A stretch of DNA of 64,000 bases from contig OZ076421.1 in assembly GCA_964187785.1 (NCBI GenBank), positions 23,374,001 to 23,438,000 of the forward strand, written 5' to 3'. The stretch comes from Amphiscolops sp. MND2022. Its lineage: Eukaryota. Shown here piece after piece: positions 51,106 through 63,293 of the stretch (its first letter is position 1; every line of letters begins with the position of its first letter). Below the pieces are notes generated by a model. The model searched no databases and was not told where the DNA came from. It saw only the letters and a program-made list of their open reading frames with translations. The position numbers were made by a program, and so were the translations under genes.

Positions 51106-52722
51106 TGTTCGCGCGGATGTCCCTCTGTTGTTTGCGAGAATGCTTTGCTTGTAGCTTGCGAAGTAGTTTCGCCCTTGGTTCTTGAATGGCGGACCACCTA
51201 ACCACTATCAGGAAGTAAGACTATGATTTTTGCTGAAGAGACTCGAACAAAACTGTTGTTGAAGCTTTAGAGCTTTATTAAACTAAAAGATTATTGCGTT
51301 TTGCGTGTTCTTGCAGTTCAAGACAGTTCACAGCTCTCATCATGGTGGGTGAGGTTTTGACAATGAAGCACAATGTTTAGAATTCATGTACCAGTCAATG
51401 GACATAAATGGCACAGTATGATGCAATTGAAGTTATGTAACCTCACGCTTATTGGCTAACAAATATGTTGTATGCATTGGCAAACACCTTGTTCAATTCG
51501 GTCTATACAACAAATAGGCAACGTAGAACATGTATTCAGCAAAAGCAATGAGAATGAAAGGGGTTGGGAAAGGTCAATCAAACAAAGATAGCATTCAGCG
51601 CGTTGTCACAGTGAGCTTGTATGAACTCAAAAGTTCGTTTTCACCTAAAAGTTATAAATCACAATATCAACCACAAATATAGATGAAGAAAGAGTAAAGT
51701 TTGCTATTTTAGAGATGAAAGAGCTTGAGGCTGCATTAAGCCTGACAATGGAGTTAGAGTCGGGGAGGCTTCCTTTGACTCGGGTGAGGGAGGGGGCATA
51801 ACAGATTTCTTCAGGAAACAGAACATCCCCATTATTATACGTCGCAATCCTGTGCTGCGTTACACCAACGGAGCAGCGAGGAGGGTTGCTGTTTGTTTCC
51901 GTAATGAGAAGCAACTTCTGGCAACATTCAAGGGCACACGGATGAAGGACGCTGCTTTCGATGGTCTTCCAGAGGCTCCCTGGCGACATGGGGCCCTATA
52001 CCCAGACCCGCTAGGAGAGCAGTATGTGGAGGTTGTCCAAGATATTGGCGGGCACTCCATCGAGCACGTCTCACTCCTTGCAAGTGGTGATTGGGCATAG
52101 AGTGGTTGGCACACAGACTCCAACCCGGGAGGAAGCATTGTCAGCCAGCAGGAAAGGGGGAGGAAGTTGTGGTTTTTCACCACTCGCACACGCGAGGTGA
52201 AGACCCTCTGCAGAAAACTCATCGTGCCTCCGTTGGAAAAGCATCGTTCCCTGCCTAGTACGCTCCGGGATGACTTGCTGCAATTCCGGGCACATATAGC
52301 GTACTGCATCCAGAAGCCCGGTGATGTGGTCCGGCGGTGTTTTCCTCCTTGACTGCACACTGTGTATTGACGAGACCAGGGCCAGCGGTTTTGATGACCA
52401 CCACACTGAAGGTCGAGGAGGCCGAGGAAGAGCTCGTTCAGCACCTGGGTGCGCAATATCAGCCTCAAGGAGTGAGGCGTGCGATAAGACAGCCGGGATC
52501 GCGGGGAAGAAGTAGGGGGAAAAGACGGTCCAGGTTTTCATGAGGTAAGGGAGCGCTTTCAAGCTTTAAAAATATACAAAGTACAAAAACACATATCTTC
52601 AAAAGTATTTCACTTGATGTTGTTTCAAAATGCACAGCTCGTGGTCTGCAAACGAATTCGATAAATCTTTCCACTTTTCTGGGGAATCCTTTTGAAATTT
52701 ATTCAGATTAATATATGCGACA
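51106..52722 (-). repeat. 5' LTR (1617 bp)
   Basis: TGTCGC...GCGAACA termini on the minus strand, followed by the PBS. A minus-strand AATAAA lies ~170 nt from the LTR end. Confidence 0.9.
51650..52543 (+). pseudogene. Second JmjC-domain ORF copy inside the 5' LTR
   Basis: Same protein with different lesions: 1-G loss in the G-run at 51792-51796, 5-nt insertion at 52333-52337 and the same TAG at 52098. HTD at 52110 and the distal AHCV motif are retained. Confidence 0.8.
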
Positions 52723-52782
52723 TACCGGAATAAATATGTCAACTCCCGGAAATATCTTAATGTGGGGCAAATCCGGTGTATG

Positions 52783-53339
52783 GGTAAATGGTCACTTGGC
52801 TTAATGCCATTTGGCTTAAAGTCATTTGGCTTAATACAATTGGTCACTTGGCTTAATTTTTTTAAGCTAAGTGTCTCGGTTATTGGTCACTTGGCTTAAA
52901 GTCATTTGACTTAAAACCACTTAGTTGAAAACACGTGACAGATTTTGTCGAATTTATCTTTATAACGTAGTCAGCGTATTATTATAACATGTCTTATCAA
53001 GTATCCCTCGGATATGTCCCCATTTCCTCTAGTGCCCTGCGGCCCCTTGGGGCCGCTTATATTCCCATCTTGCTAAGCGAGGTCGAACAGGAGCAAAGAC
53101 CTAGCGGGAACGAAGATCGCGAAGCGATCGTAGTGGGAGCTGGTCTTTGCGACGGTGAGGGCGAGCGTGCATACACCGCATATGCCCCACATTATGATAT
53201 TTCCGGGAGTTGACATATTCATTCCTTGAGTTGGAATGGAGTTGGCTTAATTTTGTGGTCACTTGGCCTAAAATTTTTAAGCCAAATGACTCGATGAAAA
53301 AATTAAGCCAAATGGTATTAAGCCAAGTGACTGGTAACC
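52783..53339. mobile_element. MITE with GGT-starting TIRs, ttggcttaa arrays and 8 bp TSD (Merlin/hAT-like), nested in another repeat
   Basis: Ends are GGTAAATGGTCACTTGGCTTAA and TTAAGCCAAGTGACTGGTAACC; GGTGTATG is duplicated on both sides. Confidence 0.75.
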
Positions 53340-54443
53340 GGTGTATGCACGCTCGCCCTCACCGTCACAAAGACCAGCTCCCACTACGATCGCTTCGCGA
53401 TCTCCGTTTCCGCTAGGTCTTTGCTCCTGTTCGACCTCGCTTAGCAAGATGGGAACATAAGCGGCCCCAAGGGGCCGCGGGCACTAGATGATTTGGGGAA
53501 ATATCAGAGATACGTTTTATACTTACGGCGGTTTATTCAAAATTCGAACACAGTGATTCGAACTTGTTCCGGTTTTTGGAAAATTCGAACATAGTCCATT
53601 CGAAATAAAAATTCGAACTTATGCGTTCGAACTTATTACCGTGCCCTAAAATTTCGATCCGAGTTGTTTCGATCCCATTCAAAAAATTTGGTATGTCGAC
53701 CTGAGGACTAACTCTGATTTTCGATTTTGTTCCTTCGACCTACTTCCGCCCACCCCATCAGAGAAAATATAGATTGGTCAGAACAAAGCCAGAGTACCTC
53801 CATGGACACTAAAATGCCCATAGTAGGCAGTAAAAGAACTCATCATCATCATCTCCGTATGATATTGCGTATTTGGTTTTCTTCAAAAGTTCGCAAGTGT
53901 TTGCGAAGCACGGCTTCGCCTCTGTGGTAAAATGATGTCACCATTGTTTTGTAGGTTGCCAGGCTACTGGGATAACTAATGACGGATTTTAGTAGTCACA
54001 CTAATTTTGTTTTCCTTGAATTTTTCACTGTAGATCATGGCTGTGTGCCCTCTACTCCCTATAACATGGTAACCTACATGGCAGTAAATTAATGACGAAG
54101 GCGAGAGTGCCTTCATACAGCAGGTTTCGTATTGTTACATTTCAGGGTTATATCTGCCAAAAATGATGACTTCTGGTTGTAAGACCGGACCTCCTGTGTC
54201 CTTTTAGGTCGGCCATCATCAAGACTAGCTGCGGGACTAGTCTCGGCACGTCGCTTCGGTTCTGATTTTAGGGCTCGAGGTCTTAATATTGCTGACTGTT
54301 ATAATTAATATTTTTAAGATCGTTTTTCCATTTTTGATTGGAATTGCGACGCATTGGAAGCTTCCGGATCTGAGACGTTATGTGGAATTATTTTTGAAAA
54401 TCTAGCTATGTATCACCCTTATCAACTTGTTTTCAGTTGCAAT

Positions 54444-57400
54444 ATGGCAGTATCTGATTCAGTTCAATTGCAGAAGACTTGCGATCTCTGTGATAGCGTG
54501 AAATTACTTTCAACGCTCACGAAATCAGTTTTAGTTCATAATAATATGTTAGAATTTCCCAGTCTCAAAAAACACCTTTTGAAATCAAAACTGCAACTTA
54601 GTTCTTTCACTGACAACTCCCAACCAGCGAATTCTGTGCATAAAAAGGCGCTCCTTTGTTCGTCCAAAGAGGGTATCCAATTTTCGGATGGAAGCAGCAA
54701 AATTTTGACACCAGACTTTGTCACAGAAGCTTTGATTTTGAGTGATCTTTTTGAACTTAATGAATTGACTGCCGCTGAATTGCTCCTTTTCGGAGAATCG
54801 CAGTTGCCAAGGTACCCTGGCTGGACAAGAGGATTAGTTGCTGTTATGCTCTACTACGATAGCAAATTGAGTTTGGTGAACTGTTTGAAAATGATCACGA
54901 AAGCTATATCTGGAGCTACATGGTCTGCTGATCTGAATCCCGAAGTCCAAAGTTTCCTAAACGGGTTTGTTGATGATTTAGTTAATGACGGTTTAGTTGA
55001 AAAAACTGTGTCAACCCTCTCTTCCTTCGACCTTTCGACTCAGTTTGAAAAGCTTCGTGCTCAGAAAGCTCTGGGTGATTTCAAGCATCGACAAATTGTG
55101 TCTCATCTGATTGAAGATATAATAGTTGGTTTATCCGAGTGTGTTTATAATATTGGCTGTCAAATGCCATTTTCTATCCAGGACTCAACTAAACTTATCA
55201 ATTTTTTCAAATCTGCAGATGAAAATATAATGGACGAAAATGGGGCCTTTATCAAAGAGTTTTGGGTCAACATAATTTTTTCTTGCTTGTTTTCTTTCGA
55301 TGAATGCCAAAACGATAATTGCTTGCAGAGTATCCATCAAGCACTTGCCAACAATTCCCCATATCAAGAAGGGCCAAATCAGAATCGAAGCTTTCAAATA
55401 ATGTTTTCTTACCTCTATTTTCACTGGGCTCTTCGTTTGCGCAAAATGGGTGCTGAAAGAGATTTAACTGATGCCATTTCATCCCTGCAAGAAGAAGATG
55501 AATGGTTTTTCGAGCGCGCTGCTGCAGCTGATATTTTCGGCAATCTGCAACTTCTGATTGCCAACTGTAGTTTTTTCGAAGATGAATTCAAAGTTACGAA
55601 GATGCATCAGATGTTGACTGATTTCATTCTTCATTTTCCCTTGACGATGCGAGATCTTCGCAACCATGGAGACGAAGTTGCAAGAACTGTTGGAGCTTAT
55701 TTAGAAGAAGGATTGTCGCCTCCGTCGGATCTTGCTCATGACTACGAAAATTTCCTGAAACTCATAGGCCAGTTTTACCAGAAAGAAAAATTGAAGCTGT
55801 GTGATGAGTTCTGGAGAATAGACAGTGGGGGTATGCTTCTGAGTCCCACTAAAGCCGTCTCCGAAATGCAAAAATCTTTGGCTTTGAATAAATTTTGTCT
55901 AGGTGCTATTGACTACATTCCACCATTACTGTATGTGCCTGTTGTCACCATGTTGACTGGAATTTCATCATCTGAAGAGGCAGCCTCAGCTTGTTTCCAA
56001 CTTTTAGCATCTGCATCTCAGAATCCGGCACAAACCACAGTATCTCTTGATCACTTCTTCAATGCGCTGCAATTATACTACACGAATTTGAGACAAGAGA
56101 GACCAAACTTCAAAGGTGGAATAGCAGATTACAAACCGGCCGTTTCTGCTGCCAAGTCTCAAAACTCACAAATAAGTCCTTTTGAAACTCAAGGTTTAGA
56201 AAGCATGCTGTTGCTGGTTTCTAATCTCTGTGAGAATTGTCCTGACATCGTCACTGTTGTTGTTGAAAATTCCCGTTGGAAAGTGATCTACACTTTGTTT
56301 GGGCTTATAACTTGTAGGATTCAGATGAGCCTCAAAGCTAAGTGCATGCACGTTTTGGGGGTGATCGCCTCAAACCCGACGTTTGCGCCAATTTTGTGGG
56401 CCTGTGTTGAGAAGTACGGTCTGATTGACCTCTCGACGAACCCATCACGACTCATTAACACCGGAATCATTCAAGAACTTGAAGAATTCGAATCCAAAGT
56501 AGGAACCTATGAGTTATCATGCAGCTTTGTGAATTTTATCAACAAAATTTTGAAGTTCTGTCCTGCTCATTTCAATTTGGAGCTGCTGGTTTCTTATTTG
56601 ATTGAAAAACTGTTGAACAACTTCAACATTCGCCACTATGTTGATCCAAAAAATATGTACTCTGTGGTCGGTGCAGTGCTGGATGTTGTTCTTACATCAG
56701 TTCAAAGCTTGACTCCAAATGTCCAGATTTTTGCCAATAAATCAGTTTCATTGTCTGCCCAGATTGCATCGCAGCTTTTCAAAGATTCAACTTTGACGAA
56801 AAAGCTGTTTTTCATTATCGACAAAACCGCGCAGAAAGTGAAAGGTTTTAGCCACAAAGATAGCGAGTCTGTCTTCCTCGTTGAAGTTAGCAGTAAATGT
56901 CTGGATGTTCTGATCAGGGCTCTGGAAATCCAACCAGATTTTTTTAATGCCATCAGAGAAATACCAGATAACCAGATATACACATCTATGGATTCGCTTT
57001 TACAGTGTCTAAATTCCTCCGACAGCCTCCATGATCATTTGCACAACGTCATAAAAATTGTGTCCTTTTCGGGTTGCGATGAAAAATTGGCATCATTAGT
57101 GAGTAAGTGCACAAAACTCTTATCGTTGCACGCAAAACTGAGTCTCAACCAATCGCGTTCGTTCAAATATGTTCTATCTGATTCGTCAGTGTCTCAGCTA
57201 ATAACTCAGTCTTTCGTGGATATCATTGAGAACTGCAAACAGGACCATGAATCAGCCATGAATCTTTTAGAATATTTCCTGTGTTTGCTGGATTTTCCCA
57301 ACAAAACAGTAGCTCATTTAGTTCTCAACGCGGGAACCTCTGCAAATCTGAGTACCGCCAAGTTGTCCTTGAATGCACCTCGGAACTGTTTACATGCACT

Positions 57401-57887
57401 GACCTACATCCTTGATGAAATTGTAACGAAAAGCGATCGAATTACAAGCCTTGAAACATCATCTTTCGTCTGTTTGGGATTCAAGATCATCTACAAAATG
57501 TGCGTGAGCCAGGAAAACTCGGTTGCAACATTCCGTTTCCTGCAAAATCTGGATTGGTTTCTATGTCGACATTTGTCTGAATTCAACCGCATTTTGCCAA
57601 ACGTAGAAGAAAACATTAAACCATTGCTTAATCATTCGTTCTCATGGCTTATGAAGACGTTCGCCCTGGATTTTAGAAACTGCTGCGTTCAGAATAAAGA
57701 AAGACAGGTTTCTAGACTAGTTGCCACTTTGGCCGAAGTTGGTTCTTCACAATCACGGCAGTTCATGGAAGCTTCTTTCATGCCATCAATTTCCGGATTT
57801 TCTTCCGGCTTAACTTCAGTTATCCATGATTTCACATCCGGATCAGTTCAACCAGACAAGGAATTCAATCGGCCCTGGTTCCTACAG
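54444..57887 (+). CDS. NUP205: Nuclear pore complex protein Nup205, coding exon 1
   Basis: EALILSDLFELNELTAAELLLFGESQLPRYPGWTRGLVAVMLYYD matches the conserved NUP205 N-terminus. Phase-0 donor ctacag|gtcagt. Start ATG chosen at MAVSD; upstream alternative at ~54408. Confidence 0.9.
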
Positions 57888-59250
57888 GTCAGTATATCAA
57901 ATTCGAAGCTAACCCGTCAACGTTCAGAAAACCATTGATGTGCAAAAAATTGTAGCATGTAATATAATCAAGACGCGGGTATCGATGCCTTAAACAGTAT
58001 AATTCATGTTTGAGTGCCTTTGGGCCTCTTTAGATCTCAGGCGAGAGAAGTAGCACTTTTTAGTCACTCATGAAAAGAATGAAAAGCTGAGAAAAAACGA
58101 CAAAAGGCTGTCATAGAAGTCTATATTTCATGAAACGCCAATATCTAACTTGTATAGAACTATTCTTAATGGCGGCTTTATGGAATATAAAAGCTGAATA
58201 TTGTAAATCTTCCTATTTTTAGTCGGCGCTTTTTGAAGAAAAGTGCCCGACTCTTATAGTGGGTTGTTTTTAGCCACTTTTTTGTTCATGTTCATTTGTG
58301 CAACTTGACCAGAACATACCGGAAACGTCAGAACCTCATCCGAAATTAAAAAACCGACGTCCAGAACCTCGAAAACAACTAAGGATCCTCACTTTGGCTA
58401 TCTTGGTGTTTTTAACTTGGATTTTTTCGGCACTATGAGACTGTTCAAAATTCCAATTTTCATTTCGAAAATGTCCCCCCGTTCAATTTTTTTGATATTT
58501 TTTACCCCGTTCAACATTGTAGATATTTAAAAATCCCAAATGGTCCCCCTTTTACATTTTTCGGCACTATGAGACTGTTTAAAATTGTCATTTTTCATCT
58601 GATACTAGGTTTTTTTAATGCATATCCACCAATAATTTTTTTCAATAGTATCCGAAATTTGGACGTAATATCCGGAGTGAAGCGCTATATCCGGATTTTT
58701 GACGTTATATCCGAAGTATATTCCGTGAGGAGAGGAGACGGAGTTTCGAAAACAAGCGCTCCCATTTGTCCCAGCACGCTATATCCGAACTTCTGAAGCG
58801 TTTTCCGAGCACGGAAAGCTTCCTTTGGGTGAAACTTTTGTGAGTTTTTCATTAAAAAACGAGCATATTTTTTGCGCTTTTTGAGCCTTAGATATAGCTC
58901 CGACTTTGGCCGTTCCCGGCTTCTTTATTATTTCTGCGATAGGAATATTATAGAAATCTGAAAGCACCTTTTTTTCAGCCAATTTTTGTCAGCGATCCAA
59001 GTACCTACTGAAAAATTCAGATATTTTGTTCGGCAGTGAGTGTAAGCTTGAGATTTAAATTTCTCAAGCTGCCAGCAACAACTCAATTCTGGTGTGATGC
59101 GAGCGAGTGTTAATTATGGAATAATTCGGTTGTGTTTGAAGTGTATGTCGAAATTGATCTTTTAATCAAGCCACCGCAATTTGTTGAACTCGCCAAGCTA
59201 AGTTTGGCCAATACTTATTGGTTATAATTTTGGCTTTGCTGTTGATTCAG

Positions 59251-61417
59251 GTGATTGCAACTTTCGATTTCGATGCCTCGATGGAACACGAACTGCAAGT
59301 TTCGTATTTCGACACTGAAGCTGTATCTCAAGCATTTGCCGCATCTGAATGCCAACCGTCAACTGCAGTCTCTTCAACCACCGTCAAAAGTATGACATAT
59401 TTTGATGTGAAGAGTCTCCACACGGTTTTGTTTGACCAGTTGAACTTCCAATCTATCACCCCTGCCCAAAAAGACGCTGCAGTTCAAGAGATTGAAGAGA
59501 TATTGACATTCACAGGTCGCGAAAACTTCCGAAAAGACAATTATATGTCAAGACTTACCTTATTAAACTCTTGGTGTCAACTTTTTGAGACATGGCTTCT
59601 GTATTGTCCCATTGAAATAATCAGCGCAACTGAAAAACAAAATTTGATCACACTTGTGCTTGAGACCTTGTGTTCGGCCTTGAATTCCGAAGACTTAGTT
59701 CCCGAATTTGGGCGACCAATGACTAATTGTATTCTGAATATTCTCTCTCATCTGAAGAGCCATCTTGAAAGGTCAAAAGCTAAAAACCTAACCAAACATT
59801 TCTCAATGGCTTCTGTTCATGATTTGAGTTCCTGTGTGCTCGAAAACCTTATCAAGTTTTATATTCATGGTGATTCGGCCGGGCGAGAAAACTTGTGTGT
59901 AAACACGTTATCTGCTATTTTGACATTCTTGCGACTTTTCTCAACTGATAAAGAAAAAGAAAACTGCAGTGCTGAACTATTGCGATGCAGGGTTAATAAT
60001 TGGAGCCATATTTCCTTATTTGGAGATCAATTTTTCCGGCGTCTTTTCTCGGAGTCTACCTTGGGTCATGTAGTCCAGCGAACGCTGGCATTAGCTTTGT
60101 TTTGTGAAGTTGTCGACCATGATGTCAATCAGATAGTGCCTCGTTTAATGGCCAAAGAAGGTTTTCTTCACCAAATAGTGGCCGAATTTGCCTCTGACAA
60201 TGTAGCATTGATTGACTCCATGCAAAGTCCTGAAAAATTCAATGCTTTGTACCTCATAAACAGCTCCAAATTTTGCCTGATCTCCAAACTGGCGCAAACT
60301 ACTACGGGAGCTTCTGCGTTGCTTCAAAGTGACTTCTTTCAAACCCTCTCAAACTTTACTTTCATCGATGTCAGGCCCATAACATCTAAAGTAACAGCCG
60401 ACTCGTCTCAGAACAAGTTGAGGACCAAATTTCTTTCGGATCAGTTGACCTCGTACCGACAAATTTTCATGCCTTTGATGGAATGTTGTCACAACATCCT
60501 CAGCACTCTGACTGTTACTCATGAAGATGCAGTTAACCTCGTGTTCCATTTCATTCTCAGCCATTTGGATGTCTTCATTGACATTCTGGGACCAGAATCC
60601 GGCAAGATCAACCTTGAAGATCTGCAAGAGATTAAAGTAGTCTGTGGTTTGATAAGTTCCGCTGCATTGAAAGGTTCTGTTGATAACAGTAGCATCCTAT
60701 TTCAAAATAGTGGCGCTAACCTTTTAGAAAACACGCGAAAAGTACATCTACAGTTGCTGAAATGTCTCTCAATCTTCGGAGACTTGAGGAGTTGGGAAAT
60801 TGTGGTGAACTCGGTTGAAAACGTGCAGGAGAAAGAAAACATTCGGAGCAATTTGATTGAAATCCTGTCATATTTGTTGTCTTACGTAAGCGGCCACGCT
60901 TTGAGCGCTCAAGACTCAAGAACTGATCAGGCTATGGGGGGTTTGGTTGCTACAAAAATCTTGTTTTTCCCAAGCGCGATTGCCCCCAACGACAATTCTA
61001 TTGAAACCTCGAAAGGTTTGAATGATTATTGCAATATGGGCGTTCTTTATCGACTCATGCTTCAATTGCTGGGAGAAATGTCCACCCTTTTGGAAGAGGA
61101 GAGAGATTTTGAGAAATTATTTGCTCAGGACAGATACTCGGATAAAGAAGTACTATTATACGGTGGAATGACAGCGGACCAATTTTCAACGGCAACTTCT
61201 GATATTCACTTGCAAGCCACCCCAAAAGTGAAGAATAATCTCGCCAAGCTGAGAGTTATGAAGTCGAAACAAATCAAATCTTTGTACAGCGCTATGGAAA
61301 TGCTTGTGTTTGTTGCAGCTCATCACGTGAATTATTATTTCACCAACTTTGACGTGAATTCCGTTGGTGAATCTGGGCCGAATTTCAAAGAAATGAGGAG
61401 ACTGATTGCTTCGAAAG
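59251..61417 (+). CDS. NUP205: Nup205 coding exon 2
   Basis: Acceptor ttgattcag|gtg is phase 0 and in frame. Helical NUP205-like sequence (WCQLFETWL, LISKLAQTTTGASALLQSDFFQTLSNFTFIDVRP). Phase-1 donor aaag|gtaatg. Confidence 0.85.
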
Positions 61418-62275
61418 GTAATGAGGGATTTTCAAAACGTCTCAACTCAAAAATACTTGATTTTTTTGTGTAATTTTTTTGCTGTACGTTTGCGAATTTC
61501 AAATGAATTTTTTTACGTTTATGGAGCTTTTTCGGAAGCCTGGCTGTAATAATTCTCAGAGTATTGCGAAACATTTAAGACAAGTCATTTAAATGCTTGA
61601 TTTCTTGCAAAATTGATGGATGGTAGTAGTCCCGAGCCAAACTGAAAAAAGGATGCTTTTTACTTACAATCGCTGATTCAGAAAAAAAATTGAACTTTCG
61701 ATCATATTTTTTGTGATGAAAATTCGATTGAGTTCAATTTAACGATTCATCGATATAACATTAACAAATTTTGCTATTCCAAATCATTTTTTGTAAACGA
61801 TTGTTTATTATTATTGGCAGCAGGGTTGTTATGTTGTTTTATTCACGAATAAAACAGAACGGAAAAACACGAATAAAACATTTTAGAAAAACATTGTTTT
61901 TTAAATGTTTTTTTTTTCACAGGAAAATTTTCCTTAATAAAAGAGCAAATTGAGGAGTGCAAACGAGGTGGAATTCGCAAAAAGACATGCTGGATTATTT
62001 TGTTTAAAACTGGATGGAAATAGTGTGTATTGTGTCTACTCTTCCCAGAAATGACAAATTGTACCGCTATGTGGAAGATATACATAGCAATAAAACAAAA
62101 AAGCGTTCTGCATAAACATTTTTGTACATAATAGGCACATTTAGGCAAACTGCGGAAAAAACAATAAAATACAAAAAAAACAGTATATTTTGGAAAAAAA
62201 AACATGTTTAAAATACTTTTTGTTTAAAAAACTGCATAATTAACAACCCTGATTGGCATTATTTCATTTGGATAG

Positions 62276-62530
62276 CGACCGAGAGACTTTTGATCATTCC
62301 CAAAGGTACTCCGACCAAAAGAGGACCAGCGCATTTAAACTCGAGTTCAGCTCCTCAAAGAAACTCGATTCAAGACAATTATCCGGAAGAAACACTGGCT
62401 CAGATTAGAGATTTCCAGTTGGAGACAACCAGAACGCTTCCTCCGGAACTGCTGACGCGACTTCTGAAACTGGATCTCATTGTTCAGAGAGACGTTTTTC
62501 ACTCAGTGGGTGACGTGCAATCTGGGAACG
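62276..62530 (+). CDS. NUP205: Nup205 predicted coding exon 3 (phase 1-1)
   Basis: tag| acceptor and aacg|gtacgt donor, both in phase. LAQIRDFQLETTRTLPPELLTRLLKLD resembles the vertebrate NUP205 C-terminal LDQLQADAINAFGESLQKKLLDIE as recalled. Confidence 0.65.
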
Positions 62531-63162
62531 GTACGTGTTTGGTTTCTTAAGAGCTGCAAGCAATGATTTGTATTTGCGAACAATGAATTTTTATTACATA
62601 CAATGAATTTGTATTTTTTTCGAGAAAAGCCTCCCTGGAAAATGTTGATCGATTTGTCCCGACCTTTCAATGAAAATTTCAAATTTCTCAAACTGTCCAT
62701 ATTAATTTCTATAAAATTTTACACAGCCATTCTACACTCAAATGTGCGCCTGTGTGCGCAATAGCATCAAAATCGCATGACTGGGATCTGAGAAACAGAG
62801 TCAAAATTAGCCCAAAAATGACCAAAAGACGGCCAATTTAGGACTTACGATTTTCTCAAAAACTCTTTACTATTTGAAAGAACTTTTTCGAAAGTCTTTC
62901 TACACCATATAAGTGCTTAATATGTGCAATTTTACCAAAATCGTATTCGAGCGAGTCAGAAGGAAAAATTCTAATCCGACCCTTTACCGCACATGCGGCT
63001 CTGGTTCTCAATTGTAGTTGTATAGGTCAAGCATATGAACACAAACCCTGGTTTTCACACAGAAAAATGATCAAGAAAACGCATGTAATCTATGATTTTA
63101 TCTGTTCTTTCACGTATCAATTTTTGAGTGACCTTAAAATTCCCAATTCCTTCTGATTTCAG

Positions 63163-63293
63163 GATTCTCCGAAGAGACTGATGGCAATGGAATTTCGCAT
63201 CAGCCTACTTCTCGTTCATTCTTTGCCTTCCACGTGGAAACCCTGAAAAAACTGATAAGGAAGCATGTCGAAAAACTGGCCATCGACGTTTAA
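63163..63293 (+). CDS. NUP205: Nup205 predicted terminal coding exon
   Basis: Strong acceptor ttccttctgatttcag|ga, phase 1, encoding ...TSRSFFAFHVETLKKLIRKHVEKLAIDV*. AATAAA at ~63461. Total CDS 5997 nt (1998 aa), in line with known ~2000 aa NUP205. Confidence 0.65.

Larger units (their letters stand above)
42579..52722 (-). mobile_element. BEL/Pao LTR retrotransposon (defective, with internal duplication) with ~1.6 kb JmjC-carrying LTRs
   Basis: Paired direct LTRs, PBS and PPT are present. Gag has CCHC knuckles, followed by PR LLDSGS, RT KLRVVFDAS/ADVAKMYRQ, RNase H LHVFCDASEKAY/WSDSTIVL and IN LDFAGP/APHFGGLWEAAVK, all Pao-type motifs in PR-RT-RH-IN order. Confidence 0.95.

Noticed and set aside
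51086-51205. N-terminal gag extension from a GTG start inside the LTR
   Set aside because: It spans U5 and the PBS. The first ATG (51085) directly follows the PBS and is the more plausible start.
61843-62205. 120 aa Phe/Cys-rich minus-strand ORF
   Set aside because: Translation of A/T-rich low-complexity sequence inside NUP205 intron 2.
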